63,386 nt of DNA, from contig NC_069008.1 of the NCBI RefSeq assembly GCF_001194135.2, positions 10,390,634 through 10,454,019 on the forward strand. The letters are read 5' to 3'. The notes under the pieces were generated by a model. That model was not told where the DNA came from, searched no databases, and saw only the letters and a program-made list of their open reading frames with translations. The translations under genes and the position numbers were made by a program. Shown here piece after piece: positions 62,786 through 63,386 of the stretch (the first letter of the stretch is position 1; each line of letters begins with the position of its first letter). This stretch comes from Octopus bimaculoides. Lineage: Eukaryota.

Positions 62786-63100
62786 CACAGATGAGATCCA
62801 GAGACTCTCTGTGTAGAAGATACTTAGTAGAGCTCAAACGATTCAAACATAGACTGTGATGTCTTTACACGGGATCATTCCACAAGGTAAAGAAAGACTA
62901 TCAGAAGGATCAAGTTGAGCAGGTATAGAGGCAATTATGTCGATAAACAAACGAGACACATCAAATATATTAAATACATCAAATACAAAATATGTATATC
63001 TGTATAGATGCAAAACAAGAGAAAGCAAAAGGTGGAAACTTTCAGATGATGAATTTTTAAGTACAGAGTTTCCACCTTTTGCTTTCTCTCATTTTCCATG

Positions 63101-63179
<79 letters not shown>

Positions 63180-63183
<4 letters not shown>

Positions 63184-63386
63184 TTATGGTGAGCTTGCAG
63201 AGGGGAAACGTTATCGGCATAAACCTAAAAAAAGGTTTAAGGATGGCATAAGGACTGCTATGAAGTCAATTGGAATGGCTCCAAAAGATATAGAAGTCCT
63301 CGCTTCAGATCGAGTTGGATGGCGAACAAGGGTGTGGAGTGGAGTGAAAGCATTTGAAGAGGCCAGGATGATGCAAGCAGGGCTCA
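63180..63386 (+). mobile_element. RTE (BovB-like) C-terminal fragment, runs off window
   Basis: Open frame FYGELAEGKRYRHKPKKRFKDGIRTAMKSIG...LASDRVGWRTRVWSGVKAFEE. Confidence 0.85.

Noticed and set aside
62775-62840. CAGATGAG...CTCAAAC hammerhead-like trace
   Set aside because: Both core segments are mutated and no stem I or III could be found.
62843-63028. Minus-strand ORF as candidate upstream LLTP exon
   Set aside because: No LLTP motif and no good in-frame donor before the stop.

Overview
AT-rich, repeat-dense eukaryotic DNA with N gaps. The repeat families look like those of Octopus/coleoid cephalopods (inference; no search run). One minus-strand host gene spans nearly the whole window: a large lipid transfer protein (apolipophorin/apoB-like). 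I reconstructed 11 coding exons by hand with GT-AG boundaries and mutually consistent phases (5859 nt, 1953 codons, from 59989 down to 3538). Two of them (47570-47737, 10313-10526) are absent or only partly present in the ORF track, and the last is about 3.1 kb. The 5' part of the gene lies beyond the window or in a gap, and the 3' end is uncertain. The introns hold decayed RTE, CR1/L2 and Penelope-like retrotransposons, Gypsy LTR fragments, Tc1/mariner, hAT, piggyBac-like and Helitron-like elements, tRNA-derived SINEs and microsatellites. The most interesting hidden signals are: a well-formed type I hammerhead ribozyme at 33759-33844 (-) plus several minimal or variant hammerheads; a PHD finger inserted within the RTE reverse transcriptase; double-hairpin tandem units in the RTE 3' tail; a twin-priming-like RTE inversion; a fold-back DD41D transposon; and many long intronic inverted repeats. 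I found no clearly novel multi-gene system.
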